The notes: generated by a model not told the origin, from the sequence alone. Shown: positions 39,317-50,213, counted from the first letter of the stretch. The stretch is DNA of 64,000 nt from Snowella sp. (GCA_035285545.1 JAYKGY010000128.1:41627-105626), one strand, 5' to 3'. Numbers and translations: made by a program.

Positions 39317-39838
39317 ATGTTTAATCGTTCTACCGCCCTCTTGACGGTCTTATTTGCCATTAGCTTTGGGAGTCGTATGGTCTCGGCTACCCCCCTGGTT
39401 TCTCCTTCTGCCTCGGTTCAATCCCCCCAATCTGCCCTTTTTGCTCAAAATCGTCTGATTCGCAAAGATGGCGGGCCGGATCAGTTAATGAAACAACTCA
39501 ATCTCACGAGCCAACAACAGCAACAACTGACGGCAATTCGCCAAAAATATCAAGGGCAAATGGAGCAACTCCGGGAACAGTTACGGAAAAATCAAGCGGA
39601 ATTACGCACGATGATGGATGGGACAACGCCAGCTAACACCATTACGGCAAAACATGACCAAATTATCGGTTTACGTCAACAACTTGATAAACTCCGCTTC
39701 CAAAGCATGTTAGAAAGTCGGGAAGTCTTAAACCCCGATCAACGGAAACAATTTGCCCAGATCATGAATCAACGTCGCGCGAAGATCCGTTCCCGAATGG
39801 GCGATCGCTTACCGCCAGATCTAGATACCCAACCCTAG
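39317..39838 (+). CDS. Spy/CpxP-family periplasmic chaperone
   Basis: Signal peptide, LNLTSQQ and VLNPDQR (LTxxQ-like motifs). Confidence 0.88.
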   Translation: MFNRSTALLTVLFAISFGSRMVSATPLVSPSASVQSPQSALFAQNRLIRKDGGPDQLMKQLNLTSQQQQQLTAIRQKYQGQMEQLREQLRKNQAELRTMMDGTTPANTITAKHDQIIGLRQQLDKLRFQSMLESREVLNPDQRKQFAQIMNQRRAKIRSRMGDRLPPDLDTQP

Positions 39839-39888
39839 CCAATGCCGGTTAATCCTTTAGTGTCATGATTCAAATTCAGCTCGGCCCA

Positions 39889-40653
39889 TTAAATCACCTG
39901 AATTTTTAAATCTTGGTAAAACTCATCCTGGGATAGCTCTACTTTGGATTGGGAGGATAACAAGAGTAAGGCCCAAAAAACCCCGACTTTATCGCGCTTT
40001 CCTTCTGTGGGCAAAGGAGCTTGATGTTGATGCCACCAGGTTAAGAGGGTTTCTAATTCAATCCAAGCACAATCGGGAATAATTTCGGGGAGTTGGGTTT
40101 GCAAAAACTGTTCTAATTGCTCGGCCAGTTCAATTAAATTTTCCTGATGGGCGAGTTCGGTAATAATCTGTAACGCTTTCCGACGGGATTGGGGGCGCGA
40201 TCGCTTGGTCGTGGTCTTCGATTCCGTTTTATCAATCTCAACAGCAATTTCTTGGATTTGATCGATCAGTTCCTGTAGGGTCACGCGACGACGACGCATG
40301 GGGGGAGAAGCCGTCCGACGACGTAAATGCTGCTCTAAATTGAGCGGTAATCTCCGTCCGCTAGATTCGTCTATCAATTCTTCAAGCAGGGGTAAAACTT
40401 CTTCGGGATCTTCTTCCAACGTGTCCAGCGTATCTGCCTTAAATCGCACCAGCATGGAAGCCCACAAAAATGCCTGTCCCGATCGCGGTAAGTTCCGTTG
40501 TTGATAAGCCAAATCAAAGGTTTGAAAAATGCCCAAATCCTGTAAAAAGCGATCTATGACATCAATCACCGACACATCCCAAGGATTAATTTCTCCCTGC
40601 TCGGCCAAATCAATTAGGGTCGCGATCGCTTCACTGGCGGCGGTTGTCGTCAT
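39889..40653 (-). CDS. scpA: Segregation and condensation protein A
   Basis: GEINPWDV, ASMLVRFKA, VFWALLLL...LSQDEFY. Confidence 0.9.
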   Translation of the reverse strand: MTTTAASEAIATLIDLAEQGEINPWDVSVIDVIDRFLQDLGIFQTFDLAYQQRNLPRSGQAFLWASMLVRFKADTLDTLEEDPEEVLPLLEELIDESSGRRLPLNLEQHLRRRTASPPMRRRRVTLQELIDQIQEIAVEIDKTESKTTTKRSRPQSRRKALQIITELAHQENLIELAEQLEQFLQTQLPEIIPDCAWIELETLLTWWHQHQAPLPTEGKRDKVGVFWALLLLSSQSKVELSQDEFYQDLKIQVI

Positions 40654-40695
40654 AATAAATTACAGTGACCAAAAGTAGAGAACGTTAACAATCCA

Positions 40696-41337
40696 ATGGT
40701 GTCCTTAGCAGATTTACGGTTGAACTATACCCAATCCGGCTTACATGAATCCGATTTAGCCCAAAACCCCTTTGAGCAATTTCAAAAATGGTTAGATCAG
40801 GCGATCGCGGCAGAACTCCCCGAACCCAACGCCATGACCCTAGCGACCCTTTCCGAAGACGGTAAACCAATTGCTCGGATGGTACTCCTCAAAGGATTAG
40901 ATGAACAAGGCTTCATCTTTTATACCAATTATGACAGTGCCAAGGGAAAACAGTTAAGTTCAATGAGTACGGCGGCTTTAGTTTTTTGGTGGGCGGGCTT
41001 AGAACGACAAGTGCGGGTAGAAGGAACCGTCGAAAAAGTCTCAGAGGAAGAGTCCGATGCCTATTTTCAGAGCCGTCCCAGGGCATCTCAGTTAGGCGCT
41101 TGGGCTTCCCCCCAAAGTCAAGTCGTAGCCAGTCGAGAGGTATTGGAAGAACGATTAGCTAGGTTTGAAGAAAAATTTGCGAATGAAAAAGTTCCCCGTC
41201 CGAGTCATTGGGGCGGTTTTCGGGTTATTCCCCACGCGATCGAATTTTGGCAAGGTCGGCCCAGTCGTCTCCATGATCGCATTCGGTATGAAATGACCGA
41301 AACAGGAGATTGGTTATATCAACGTCTTGCGCCTTAA
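40696..41337 (+). CDS. pdxH: Pyridoxamine 5'-phosphate oxidase
   Basis: EPNAMTLAT, ARMVLLK, FYTNYDS, EFWQGRPSRLHDR. Confidence 0.97.
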   Translation: MVSLADLRLNYTQSGLHESDLAQNPFEQFQKWLDQAIAAELPEPNAMTLATLSEDGKPIARMVLLKGLDEQGFIFYTNYDSAKGKQLSSMSTAALVFWWAGLERQVRVEGTVEKVSEEESDAYFQSRPRASQLGAWASPQSQVVASREVLEERLARFEEKFANEKVPRPSHWGGFRVIPHAIEFWQGRPSRLHDRIRYEMTETGDWLYQRLAP

Positions 41338-41411
41338 ATTTAGCTTTATTAAGCTATTATTGTATTCCTATGAACGTTTAAGAGCTTTCAATCAGGATTG
41401 GAGGATTAAGA

Positions 41412-41963
41412 TTGACCGCAGCCGCATACTATGAAAATGAAATAAAATTACTCCAATGGGACGGCTTGCGATCGCTCTGGAAGGATATTGAGGCACGTCA
41501 TACCCCTGGCTGGGATTCAGGTAAAGCGTTTGAATACTTAATTTTACGGGCATTTGAGTTAGATGGAGCAGAAGTAAAATGGCCCTATAGAGTCAAGCTT
41601 TTTGGGGAGGAAGTTGAACAAATTGATGGGGTTATTTATTCTGCTGGTTTATCTTGTTTAGTTGAAAGTAAAGATTTTGCCGATAAAAACGTTGATATTG
41701 CCCCAATAGCTAAACTGCGGAATCAACTTTTACGCCGTCCTGCTAGTACGATTGGAGTAGTCTTTAGTCGAAAAGGCTTTACTAATCCAGCTATTCGTCT
41801 TTCCTATTTCTTCTTTCCCCAAACCATTCTTCTTTGGAATGGGATAGAAATTAAATATGCTTTAGACAACGAGAAAATCTGTGAGTTATTAACCTTAAAA
41901 TATCGTGCGTGTGTGGAGTACGGATTACCAGATTACGATGTTAGAGTAGGAGACAAGTCATGA
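41412..41963 (+). CDS. Mrr-like PD-(D/E)XK restriction endonuclease
   Basis: GKAFE...EQIDG...LVESKD...SRKGFT; TTG start after GAGG. Confidence 0.8.
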   Translation: MTAAAYYENEIKLLQWDGLRSLWKDIEARHTPGWDSGKAFEYLILRAFELDGAEVKWPYRVKLFGEEVEQIDGVIYSAGLSCLVESKDFADKNVDIAPIAKLRNQLLRRPASTIGVVFSRKGFTNPAIRLSYFFFPQTILLWNGIEIKYALDNEKICELLTLKYRACVEYGLPDYDVRVGDKS

Positions 41964-42514
41964 TTGCTTATATTGTTTGTGAAGGAAGTGCCGAGCTACG
42001 ATTACTGCAACGGATTCTTCCCAGAGAATTATTAAAAGATATCGAAATTGTAGCGGCTGGAGGATTGTTTGCTATCAAGTCGCTTGCTCGCTCTTTAGTT
42101 GTTCGTAGACAAGTTCCTGTGGCAATTATTTTTAATACAAATTCCGTAGATCCTGATTTAATTCAAGAACGCATCAGCAGTATTGAAGAAATCGTAAAAA
42201 GTGTGTCTATTGGTACACCTGTTAAAGTAATTCCTGCTGTACCTGCAATAGAAATTATTTTTTTTGAGGATATTGGGTTGCTATCTTGGTTATTGAAGTA
42301 TGGCCCCTCACAAACTCAGGAATTGATGAATTTAGCCAAATCTCAACCTGATAAAGCTGTGCGCAAGTTTCGTAACACAGCCCAAAGATATGATGAAAAT
42401 AATGAGTTGTTTAATCAACTTACTGATGATGACCTTGAAGTCATACGTCAAGTACCGTTTATTAAAGAAACTATTTATTTTCTTCAGTCTGTAAAAGAAA
42501 CAGCAAACGTGTAA
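41960..42514 (+). CDS. Hypothetical protein, degenerate TOPRIM-like fold
   Basis: AYIVCEG...IVAAGG...AIIFNTN; ATGA overlap with the upstream nuclease. Confidence 0.55.
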   Translation: MIAYIVCEGSAELRLLQRILPRELLKDIEIVAAGGLFAIKSLARSLVVRRQVPVAIIFNTNSVDPDLIQERISSIEEIVKSVSIGTPVKVIPAVPAIEIIFFEDIGLLSWLLKYGPSQTQELMNLAKSQPDKAVRKFRNTAQRYDENNELFNQLTDDDLEVIRQVPFIKETIYFLQSVKETANV

Positions 42515-42561
42515 TGACGATTTGTGTAGTTTATATTTAAGCTTGCAATAGCCTATAGTTC

Positions 42562-42663
42562 AATTTTGGCAAGGTCGGCCCAGTCGTCTCTATGATCGCA
42601 TTCGGTATGAACTCACTGAGAAGGAAAATTGACTGTATCAACGCCTTGCCCCTTAAATTTAGC
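42562..42663 (+). pseudogene. Remnant of pdxH 3' end
   Basis: Reads FWQGRPSRLYDRIRYELTEKEN*LYQRLAP* vs functional FWQGRPSRLHDRIRYEMTETGDWLYQRLAP*. Confidence 0.9.
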
Positions 42664-42857
42664 CATCATTCTATAGTAATTGTGAGCTAGCTAAAAGAAG
42701 TAGAACCTAAGATTTGCAGATTGAAGCGTTTTTTTAAACGGTATCCAATCAGAGACGGAGATTCAGACTACGCTGGCATCTTGTAGCTGGCATCATCCGT
42801 TTCAATCGGTGACTTGTTACTTAATGCATACAAGAGGTCTAATCATTTTGACTTTAG

Positions 42858-44024
<1,167 letters not shown>

Positions 44025-44092
44025 TTCTGAAGTTCCGTGATCGTCAAATCTTTTTGATAGAGTGAAAAATATTAATAGTTGAAAAAAAGCCT

Positions 44093-44755
44093 ATGACAAC
44101 CACTTCAGAAGAGGTATGGCGAATCTTAGCAGAATTAGCCACAGCCCAAAAAGAAACAGATCGGCAACTTAAGGAAACGGAGCGACGACAACAGGAGACA
44201 GATCGACAACTCAAAGAAAGCAACCAAGAATTTAACCAACGACTCAAGGAAACGGATCGGCGGCAACAAGAGACGGATCGGCAACTCAAAGAAACTGGCC
44301 GACAAATTAAAGAATTGGGTAAACAAATCGGCGGATTGGGTGCCAAATTTGGTAGTTTTACCGAAGGTCTGGCTTTGCCTTCAATGGAAACAATTCTCCG
44401 AGAGCGTTTTGGGATGGAAATTATTAGTCCTCGTGTGCGGGCGAGTAAGGCTGGGCAACATTTAGAAATTGATGTGCTGGCCTACGCTAATGGCGATCTC
44501 AATACTGCCTATATTGTGGAAGTAAAAAGTCATCCCAGGGAAGATTCTATTACGCAGCTTCAAAATATTTTGCAACGTTTCCGTACTTTTTTTCCTGAAC
44601 ATAAAGACAAGCGACTTTACGGTATTTTAGCGGCTGTTGACTTATCTCCTGAAATACGAGAAAAAATCTTTCAAGCAGGCTTCTATGTAGCCCGGATTCA
44701 TGATCAAGTCTTTGAATTGGAGGTTGCTGACAATTTCCAACCTAGAAGTTTTTAA
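44093..44755 (+). CDS. Coiled-coil repeat + PD-(D/E)XK protein (DUF3782-like)
   Basis: (Q/L)KETDRQ heptads; EIDVLA...IVEVKS nuclease-like motif. Confidence 0.75.
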   Translation: MTTTSEEVWRILAELATAQKETDRQLKETERRQQETDRQLKESNQEFNQRLKETDRRQQETDRQLKETGRQIKELGKQIGGLGAKFGSFTEGLALPSMETILRERFGMEIISPRVRASKAGQHLEIDVLAYANGDLNTAYIVEVKSHPREDSITQLQNILQRFRTFFPEHKDKRLYGILAAVDLSPEIREKIFQAGFYVARIHDQVFELEVADNFQPRSF

Positions 44756-44806
44756 GTTTTTGCTATCAAACATGAGTGGAGTCGCGATCGCGGGGATCGA
44801 CAATTG

Positions 44807-45907
44807 CTATACCAAAACCGGAATTTCCAGATTAACCGTAACGGCCTGTAACTCCTTAGCTTTATCTTCGGGTAACGCATCATTGGCAAACATGCCTGCG
44901 GCCAATTCGGTTCCTGCTAAATACTTCAAGCGATCGCTGGTGCGATAGGGCGGATAAAATTGCGCGTGTAAATGAGCTTCAGGGTAGCTTAATCCATCCG
45001 TTGGGGCTTGAAACCAGGCCATTAAATAGGGAAAAGGGCGATTCCAGAGGCCATCGTATTTTAGGGTAACGGTTTTTAGTGCCCTAGCGAGACTCCACCG
45101 TTGTTCATTCGTTAACGCCGAAAAATGACTCACCGGTTGAATGGGGGCAATCCAGACTTCGTAGGGATAGCGGGCACAGGCAGGAACGAAGGCGATCGCG
45201 TCTTTATCTTGATAAATCAGACGTTGATTATCCTCAATTTCCCGTTGAATCAGATCCTGCAATACTCCCCGATGATGCTCCTCATAGTAATTTCGCTGAA
45301 TGGCTAACATCCGAGCCGGAACCGGCGGCACAAACGGATAGGCGTAAATTTGCCCATGAGGATGGTGTAAGGTAACCCCCACTTCTACTCCCTTATTTTC
45401 AAACGGTAGAACGTATTGAATCTGGGGATAGTTGGCCAACTCACGGGTGCGATCGCCCCAAACCTGTAACAACAGATCGAGATGATCAACCGCCAAAGAA
45501 CTCAACGAAGCCTGGGCATCCTGGGTAAAGACCACCACCTCACAGGCTCCATTAGCCGGTAGCGTTTCCACAATCGAATGGGGCGGATGATGGGCCGTCG
45601 GAATCATTGAGGGAAAGCGATTATCAAACACGGCGACATCGTACTGACCCTGGGGTAATTCCGTCGGAAACTCAGGGTTGTGGGTGGGAGCTAGGGGATT
45701 ATATTCGGGCGGCGGTAAAAAAGTTCGCCCTTGACGATGACTGGCATAGGCCACCCATTCCCCCCGTAGGGGATGCCAGCGCAAGTGGGGATTGGCTTGA
45801 ACTGGCTCATGGCTAGGACTCGGAGCCTGAAGGTGATTGGCAATGGGAGCGCGACTATAGAGGGTCAACTTTCGCCCATCGGGTTTTAACAGTTGGTGGG
45901 AGTACAT
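44807..45907 (-). CDS. galT: Galactose-1-phosphate uridylyltransferase
   Basis: FDNRFP, FENKG, LHHPHGQ (HxHxQ). Confidence 0.92.
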   Translation of the reverse strand: MYSHQLLKPDGRKLTLYSRAPIANHLQAPSPSHEPVQANPHLRWHPLRGEWVAYASHRQGRTFLPPPEYNPLAPTHNPEFPTELPQGQYDVAVFDNRFPSMIPTAHHPPHSIVETLPANGACEVVVFTQDAQASLSSLAVDHLDLLLQVWGDRTRELANYPQIQYVLPFENKGVEVGVTLHHPHGQIYAYPFVPPVPARMLAIQRNYYEEHHRGVLQDLIQREIEDNQRLIYQDKDAIAFVPACARYPYEVWIAPIQPVSHFSALTNEQRWSLARALKTVTLKYDGLWNRPFPYLMAWFQAPTDGLSYPEAHLHAQFYPPYRTSDRLKYLAGTELAAGMFANDALPEDKAKELQAVTVNLEIPVLV

Positions 45908-47745
45908 AATCCTTGTCCTATGAGAGTGGCAGCTCGGATGGCTTCAATGGGAAATTTGGGCGTGCGATCGCTGTACAGTAAACCGTTGGCTTCTTGGAAG
46001 GTATCGGTCAGTTGGGTATAACAAAAACCACTAAAGAGTTCGATATGGTTCACCGCTTCAATCAAGGCCGCATACTTACTTTCGAGTTCGGCGACGGTCA
46101 AACAGTTATCATAGCCCCATGCCTGGTGAGCATCCGGCTGATCGGAAGGAACATAGGCAATTCCCCCAAACTCTGTCAGCATAATCGGTTGACCCTGATG
46201 GGGATAATTATCGAGCGTTAAAATCCGTCCCCCTGGTCGTCGTCGTTCAAACAGGTCAGAAATTTTAATATCGGGTCGATAGCGGTGGGCCAATAGCTCT
46301 GGTTTACGCTCGTAGTCGTGAATCGCCAGAATATCCGTATTGGTACTTTCCCAACCATCATTGCCAATCACGGGGCGAGTGGGGTCGAGGGTTTTGGTGA
46401 GGTGGTACATGGCCAAAACATAGTTACGATGGGCCGGTGTTTCCACGAGGTTCGGCACCCCCCAGGATTCATTAAAGGGAACCCAAGCCACAATGCAGGG
46501 ATGGCTAATATCGCGCTTAATGATTTCCGTCCATTCATGGGTCATCCGTTCTACGGCTTTGGGGGTAAAGCGATAGGCACTGGGCATTTCTTCCCAAACC
46601 AGTAATCCTAAGACATCAGCCCAATATAAAAAGCGGGGGTCTTCAATTTTTTGGTGTTTGCGAACGCCGTTAAATCCCATTGCTTTGACCAGTTCCACAT
46701 CCCGTCGTAGGGCATCATCATCCGGCGGTGTCATTAAGGTATCGGGCCAATAACCTTGATCCAAGACCAAGCGCAGATAATACGGACGACCATTCAACAT
46801 AAAGCGATCGCGCTGAATACTAACGGTTCGCAGGGCAGTATAGGACTCCACTTCATCGAGCAATTGATCCTGATACCCCAGTTGAATATGAGCTTGGATT
46901 AGCGTCGGTTTTTCAGGACTCCAGAGTAAATCATTGCGACAATCATCAATACCCGGATCTCCCAAGGCAATGCGACGGCTGATTTCTCCGCTATAAACCT
47001 CGTAGGTATCGCACGCTAAGGTGACACCATCCACACTCAATTTAATTTTGATCTGCACCCCAGAACTCGGAATATTTCCTGCTAAACCTGCTTCAAAGCC
47101 AATTTCCCAGCGTTCACAATCGGGAATCCAACGCAACTGCCCTAAATAGGTATTACCAACCCGTTCTAGCCACACCGTTTGCCAAATACCACTGGTTCGC
47201 GGATACCAAATACTGTGGGGATTTAACTGCCAATCCTGTTTTCCACGCGGTTTTGCCAAATCTTGGGGATCATCCTGGGCCCAAACCGTAACCTTGGTTG
47301 TGCCGCTATCGTTTAAGGCATGGGTAATATCGAGGGTAAAGCCAATATGCCCTCCCTCATGTTCTGCAATATAAATGTCATTAATCCAAACACGAGCGCG
47401 ATAATCAACGGCTCCAAAATGTAATAACAAACGTCCATCCCCTGGCGGTGTTTCAAATTCCCGCTCATACCACAAATTAGAATGGAATCCTTGATCATTA
47501 ATCCCACTCTCGACGGATTCAGGAGCAAACGGAACCGCTATACGATGAGTCCATTGGGTTACATCTTGGGGTTGAACGCATTCACCCTGATCGTCATAGG
47601 CAAATTTCCAAAGCCCGTTCAAGGTTTGCCAGTCTGTACGTTTTAGTGAGGGACGCGGGTGGGTCGTTTCTTTTTTCCCTAAAAAGGTTCCCTCTGCTTG
47701 AGCAGATAATTCTGATGTACGATTTCTCAAATCCAACAATCTCAT
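45886..47745 (-). CDS. Glycoside hydrolase family 2
   Basis: LHFGAVDY, SGIWQTVW, GFNGVRKHQK, WVPFNESWG, TEFGG. Confidence 0.9.
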   Translation of the reverse strand: MRLLDLRNRTSELSAQAEGTFLGKKETTHPRPSLKRTDWQTLNGLWKFAYDDQGECVQPQDVTQWTHRIAVPFAPESVESGINDQGFHSNLWYEREFETPPGDGRLLLHFGAVDYRARVWINDIYIAEHEGGHIGFTLDITHALNDSGTTKVTVWAQDDPQDLAKPRGKQDWQLNPHSIWYPRTSGIWQTVWLERVGNTYLGQLRWIPDCERWEIGFEAGLAGNIPSSGVQIKIKLSVDGVTLACDTYEVYSGEISRRIALGDPGIDDCRNDLLWSPEKPTLIQAHIQLGYQDQLLDEVESYTALRTVSIQRDRFMLNGRPYYLRLVLDQGYWPDTLMTPPDDDALRRDVELVKAMGFNGVRKHQKIEDPRFLYWADVLGLLVWEEMPSAYRFTPKAVERMTHEWTEIIKRDISHPCIVAWVPFNESWGVPNLVETPAHRNYVLAMYHLTKTLDPTRPVIGNDGWESTNTDILAIHDYERKPELLAHRYRPDIKISDLFERRRPGGRILTLDNYPHQGQPIMLTEFGGIAYVPSDQPDAHQAWGYDNCLTVAELESKYAALIEAVNHIELFSGFCYTQLTDTFQEANGLLYSDRTPKFPIEAIRAATLIGQGLCTPTNC

Positions 47746-48320
47746 CCAGGTCTTCTCCTGATTCGTGACTCAATTTCCCCTGCTATTAATGGGATTAAAT
47801 CTAACGTATTAACACGATAGACATAGCATGAGATTTATCCCAATCTTTAGCTTTGTTTTTGCTAGTAAAATTGATGATTTTTAACAGCAGAGCTTGTTAG
47901 TCCCAACGGAAAATTATTGGGAGAGGTTAACTCAATCAATCTGTACCTAGCTCGTGACATTATGGCATATACATCATCAATTTATGTTAATTAAAATAGG
48001 AAAAAATAAATTTTAGGGGCTATTGATTATCATAGTCTGCCCAATTTAAAGTGACTAAAATAAACGGTTTATTTGTATAAAATGTTTGATTAAAAAACAG
48101 TGAAATTTATGAAATACCCAATCGCAGCTTTTTTTAGATAAATAAGCAACAAAATTTGTCTAGATTAGCAATTCATGACAGTCGGGCTTCAGGTTAAGTC
48201 ATTTCTCCCCTGACCAAGACTTGCTAACGCCTTTTGGGTTAATTTGCTCGTTAATCAGCACTCAATTCTGCTTCCAGCCATGTTGTAAGATAGGTTAAAA
48301 TTATTTGACAAAACTTAATA

Positions 48321-48896
48321 ATGACGACAAAACTTATAATGACGCAAAAATTAATCTATTGTTTGTTTTTTGGGGCTGGTTTAGGAATTTTCAATGCAAT
48401 TCTTCGATCTCACCAATTTGATTATCAATTCTTAGCGTTAGGGTTATTGATCTTTGCCATTGATCAAGCAAAAATGGCTGTTTTAGATTTAAACAACATT
48501 GCGATCGCGAAAACTAAAATTCAAGATCCTCGACTTGATCAATTTTATTTCATTACCATTAGCACGATCACGCTGGAATTAACGGGATTTTATCTCGCGG
48601 TCTTTCAATTAGGTTGGGGAATTCTGTTAGTGTTAGGAAGTCAAGTCTGGTTTAATTTATTAGTCAATATTCGCCTTCAACCTAATGATGTTAACCCGAT
48701 CCAAAATAAACCGATCTCGGAAAAAGTCGGGGTTTTACTCGCCGATATTGTGGGAATGATCCTAATCGGTGTTTGGATGATTCCCGTTGCACCGCTAACG
48801 ATTGTGATTACGCTCTGGACGATCGCGATCGCCTACGCAGGGATTAAACTCTTCCAAGCGATTCAAGTCAAACGATCAGTTAATTTAAAAGCCTAA
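48321..48896 (+). CDS. Hypothetical multi-pass membrane protein
   Basis: 191-aa hydrophobic ORF. Confidence 0.7.
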   Translation: MTTKLIMTQKLIYCLFFGAGLGIFNAILRSHQFDYQFLALGLLIFAIDQAKMAVLDLNNIAIAKTKIQDPRLDQFYFITISTITLELTGFYLAVFQLGWGILLVLGSQVWFNLLVNIRLQPNDVNPIQNKPISEKVGVLLADIVGMILIGVWMIPVAPLTIVITLWTIAIAYAGIKLFQAIQVKRSVNLKA

Positions 48897-49225
48897 ACCT
48901 TGAGAAAAGATAGGGTTTGAGTGGGACGAGCAAATTTAAGCAATAACCAACTATTAACGATTAAACAAAGGGTTGATAAAGACAGCAAAATAAAGGTAAT
49001 GGGCGTAATGACACCAATAGAAAACCAAGTCGAAACGTGAAATACCATTAAACCAATAAAGCTAAAGGATAATAGGGTAGAAAGCATTAAAGATAGCTGA
49101 CGACGTTGAAAAATAACTAATAAAATGGATTGTAAAGTGGCAATTAGCATTGCGGGAACCAGAAAAGCACAGATTGACACACAATGCATTCGAGACATTT
49201 CAGAGATAAGCGTTAAGTCGGCCAT
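48893..49225 (-). CDS. Hypothetical membrane protein
   Basis: SRMHCVSICAFLVP...HVSTWFSIGVI, three TMs. Confidence 0.7.
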   Translation of the reverse strand: MADLTLISEMSRMHCVSICAFLVPAMLIATLQSILLVIFQRRQLSLMLSTLLSFSFIGLMVFHVSTWFSIGVITPITFILLSLSTLCLIVNSWLLLKFARPTQTLSFLKV

Positions 49226-49286
49226 TATTTCTATTGAGTATCTAATGAATATTGAAAATTTTAGCTATTATAATCCAGAAATTTAG

Positions 49287-50192
49287 CTAGGAATGATTAA
49301 CAAATTTTAAGATCTCATCGGCAGTGATTTGGGGTTTCTCTAGGTGGGGAACGTGTCCACACTCAGGAATCCAAACGAGTTGATTATTCGGCAATAATTT
49401 TTGAAATTGGTTTGCAGCTTTGGTACCGAGAATCCCATCATTTTTTCCCCACAGAATTAAGGTTGGTTGCTGCAATTGAGGTAAATTTCGCGCAAAGCTA
49501 CCGTAACCGCCACTTTTGGTAAAAGCAATCAGAGCTTCACTCCAACGCGGGCATTGTAAATGTAATCGGGCACATTCTTCCGCATCATCGCTGGCAAATT
49601 GCTTGTCGTAGTAGGCTGCTCGACTGACACCTCTTCTCACTTTCGAGGTGGCTAAAAAGTCAGTTGCCCAACGGTCTAACGGGGGGAACATTAGGCGACT
49701 CGCAAAGGGTTGACGGGCGAGACCGGCACTATCCACCAAAATCAATTTTTCCACTAAGTCGGGATGGGACAGGGTAAAGTCAATGGCGGCGGCTCCTCCC
49801 ATCGAAACGCCTACTAAAATCATCGGACGTTGAATGAGTGTTTTCCAGCAATAGTACAAATGGGTTTTGATCGATGCAGGGGAAAGGGGAATCTCAGGCG
49901 ATCGCGCTGTAAATCCAAAACTGAGTAAATCTATTGCCCAGGTGGAATGATGGGGAGCGAGGAGGGGAATTAAACGGCGAAATTCTAATAGAGAACTATC
50001 AAAGCCATGTAAGAGAACAATGGGGGGATCTTGGTGGCCTTGCTGAACGTAAGCAGTTTCAATGGAATCGAGGGAAAGGGGCGTTAAAATTTCCGTAAAT
50101 TGCAGACTATTAACTAAATTTAAAGAGGTTAATTCCGTTAATTTTTGGGGATCAAAGGTAATTTTTTGAGATTGATTTTTGATTAAATCCAT
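49287..50192 (-). CDS. Alpha/beta fold hydrolase
   Basis: LLHGFDSS, GVSMGG, CGHVPHLEKP. Confidence 0.9.
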   Translation of the reverse strand: MDLIKNQSQKITFDPQKLTELTSLNLVNSLQFTEILTPLSLDSIETAYVQQGHQDPPIVLLHGFDSSLLEFRRLIPLLAPHHSTWAIDLLSFGFTARSPEIPLSPASIKTHLYYCWKTLIQRPMILVGVSMGGAAAIDFTLSHPDLVEKLILVDSAGLARQPFASRLMFPPLDRWATDFLATSKVRRGVSRAAYYDKQFASDDAEECARLHLQCPRWSEALIAFTKSGGYGSFARNLPQLQQPTLILWGKNDGILGTKAANQFQKLLPNNQLVWIPECGHVPHLEKPQITADEILKFVNHS

Positions 50193-50213
50193 TATTTTTA
50201 TTAATTGAAAAGA

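Larger units (their letters stand above)
41243..42663 (+). mobile_element. Integrase-free two-gene cassette bounded by a 102-bp direct repeat of the pdxH 3' end
   Basis: 41243-41344 vs 42562-42663, ungapped, 88/102 identical. Confidence 0.8.

Noticed and set aside
44093..44806. prfA 3'-end duplication analogous to pdxH
   Set aside because: No repeat of the prfA tail found downstream of the DUF3782-like gene.
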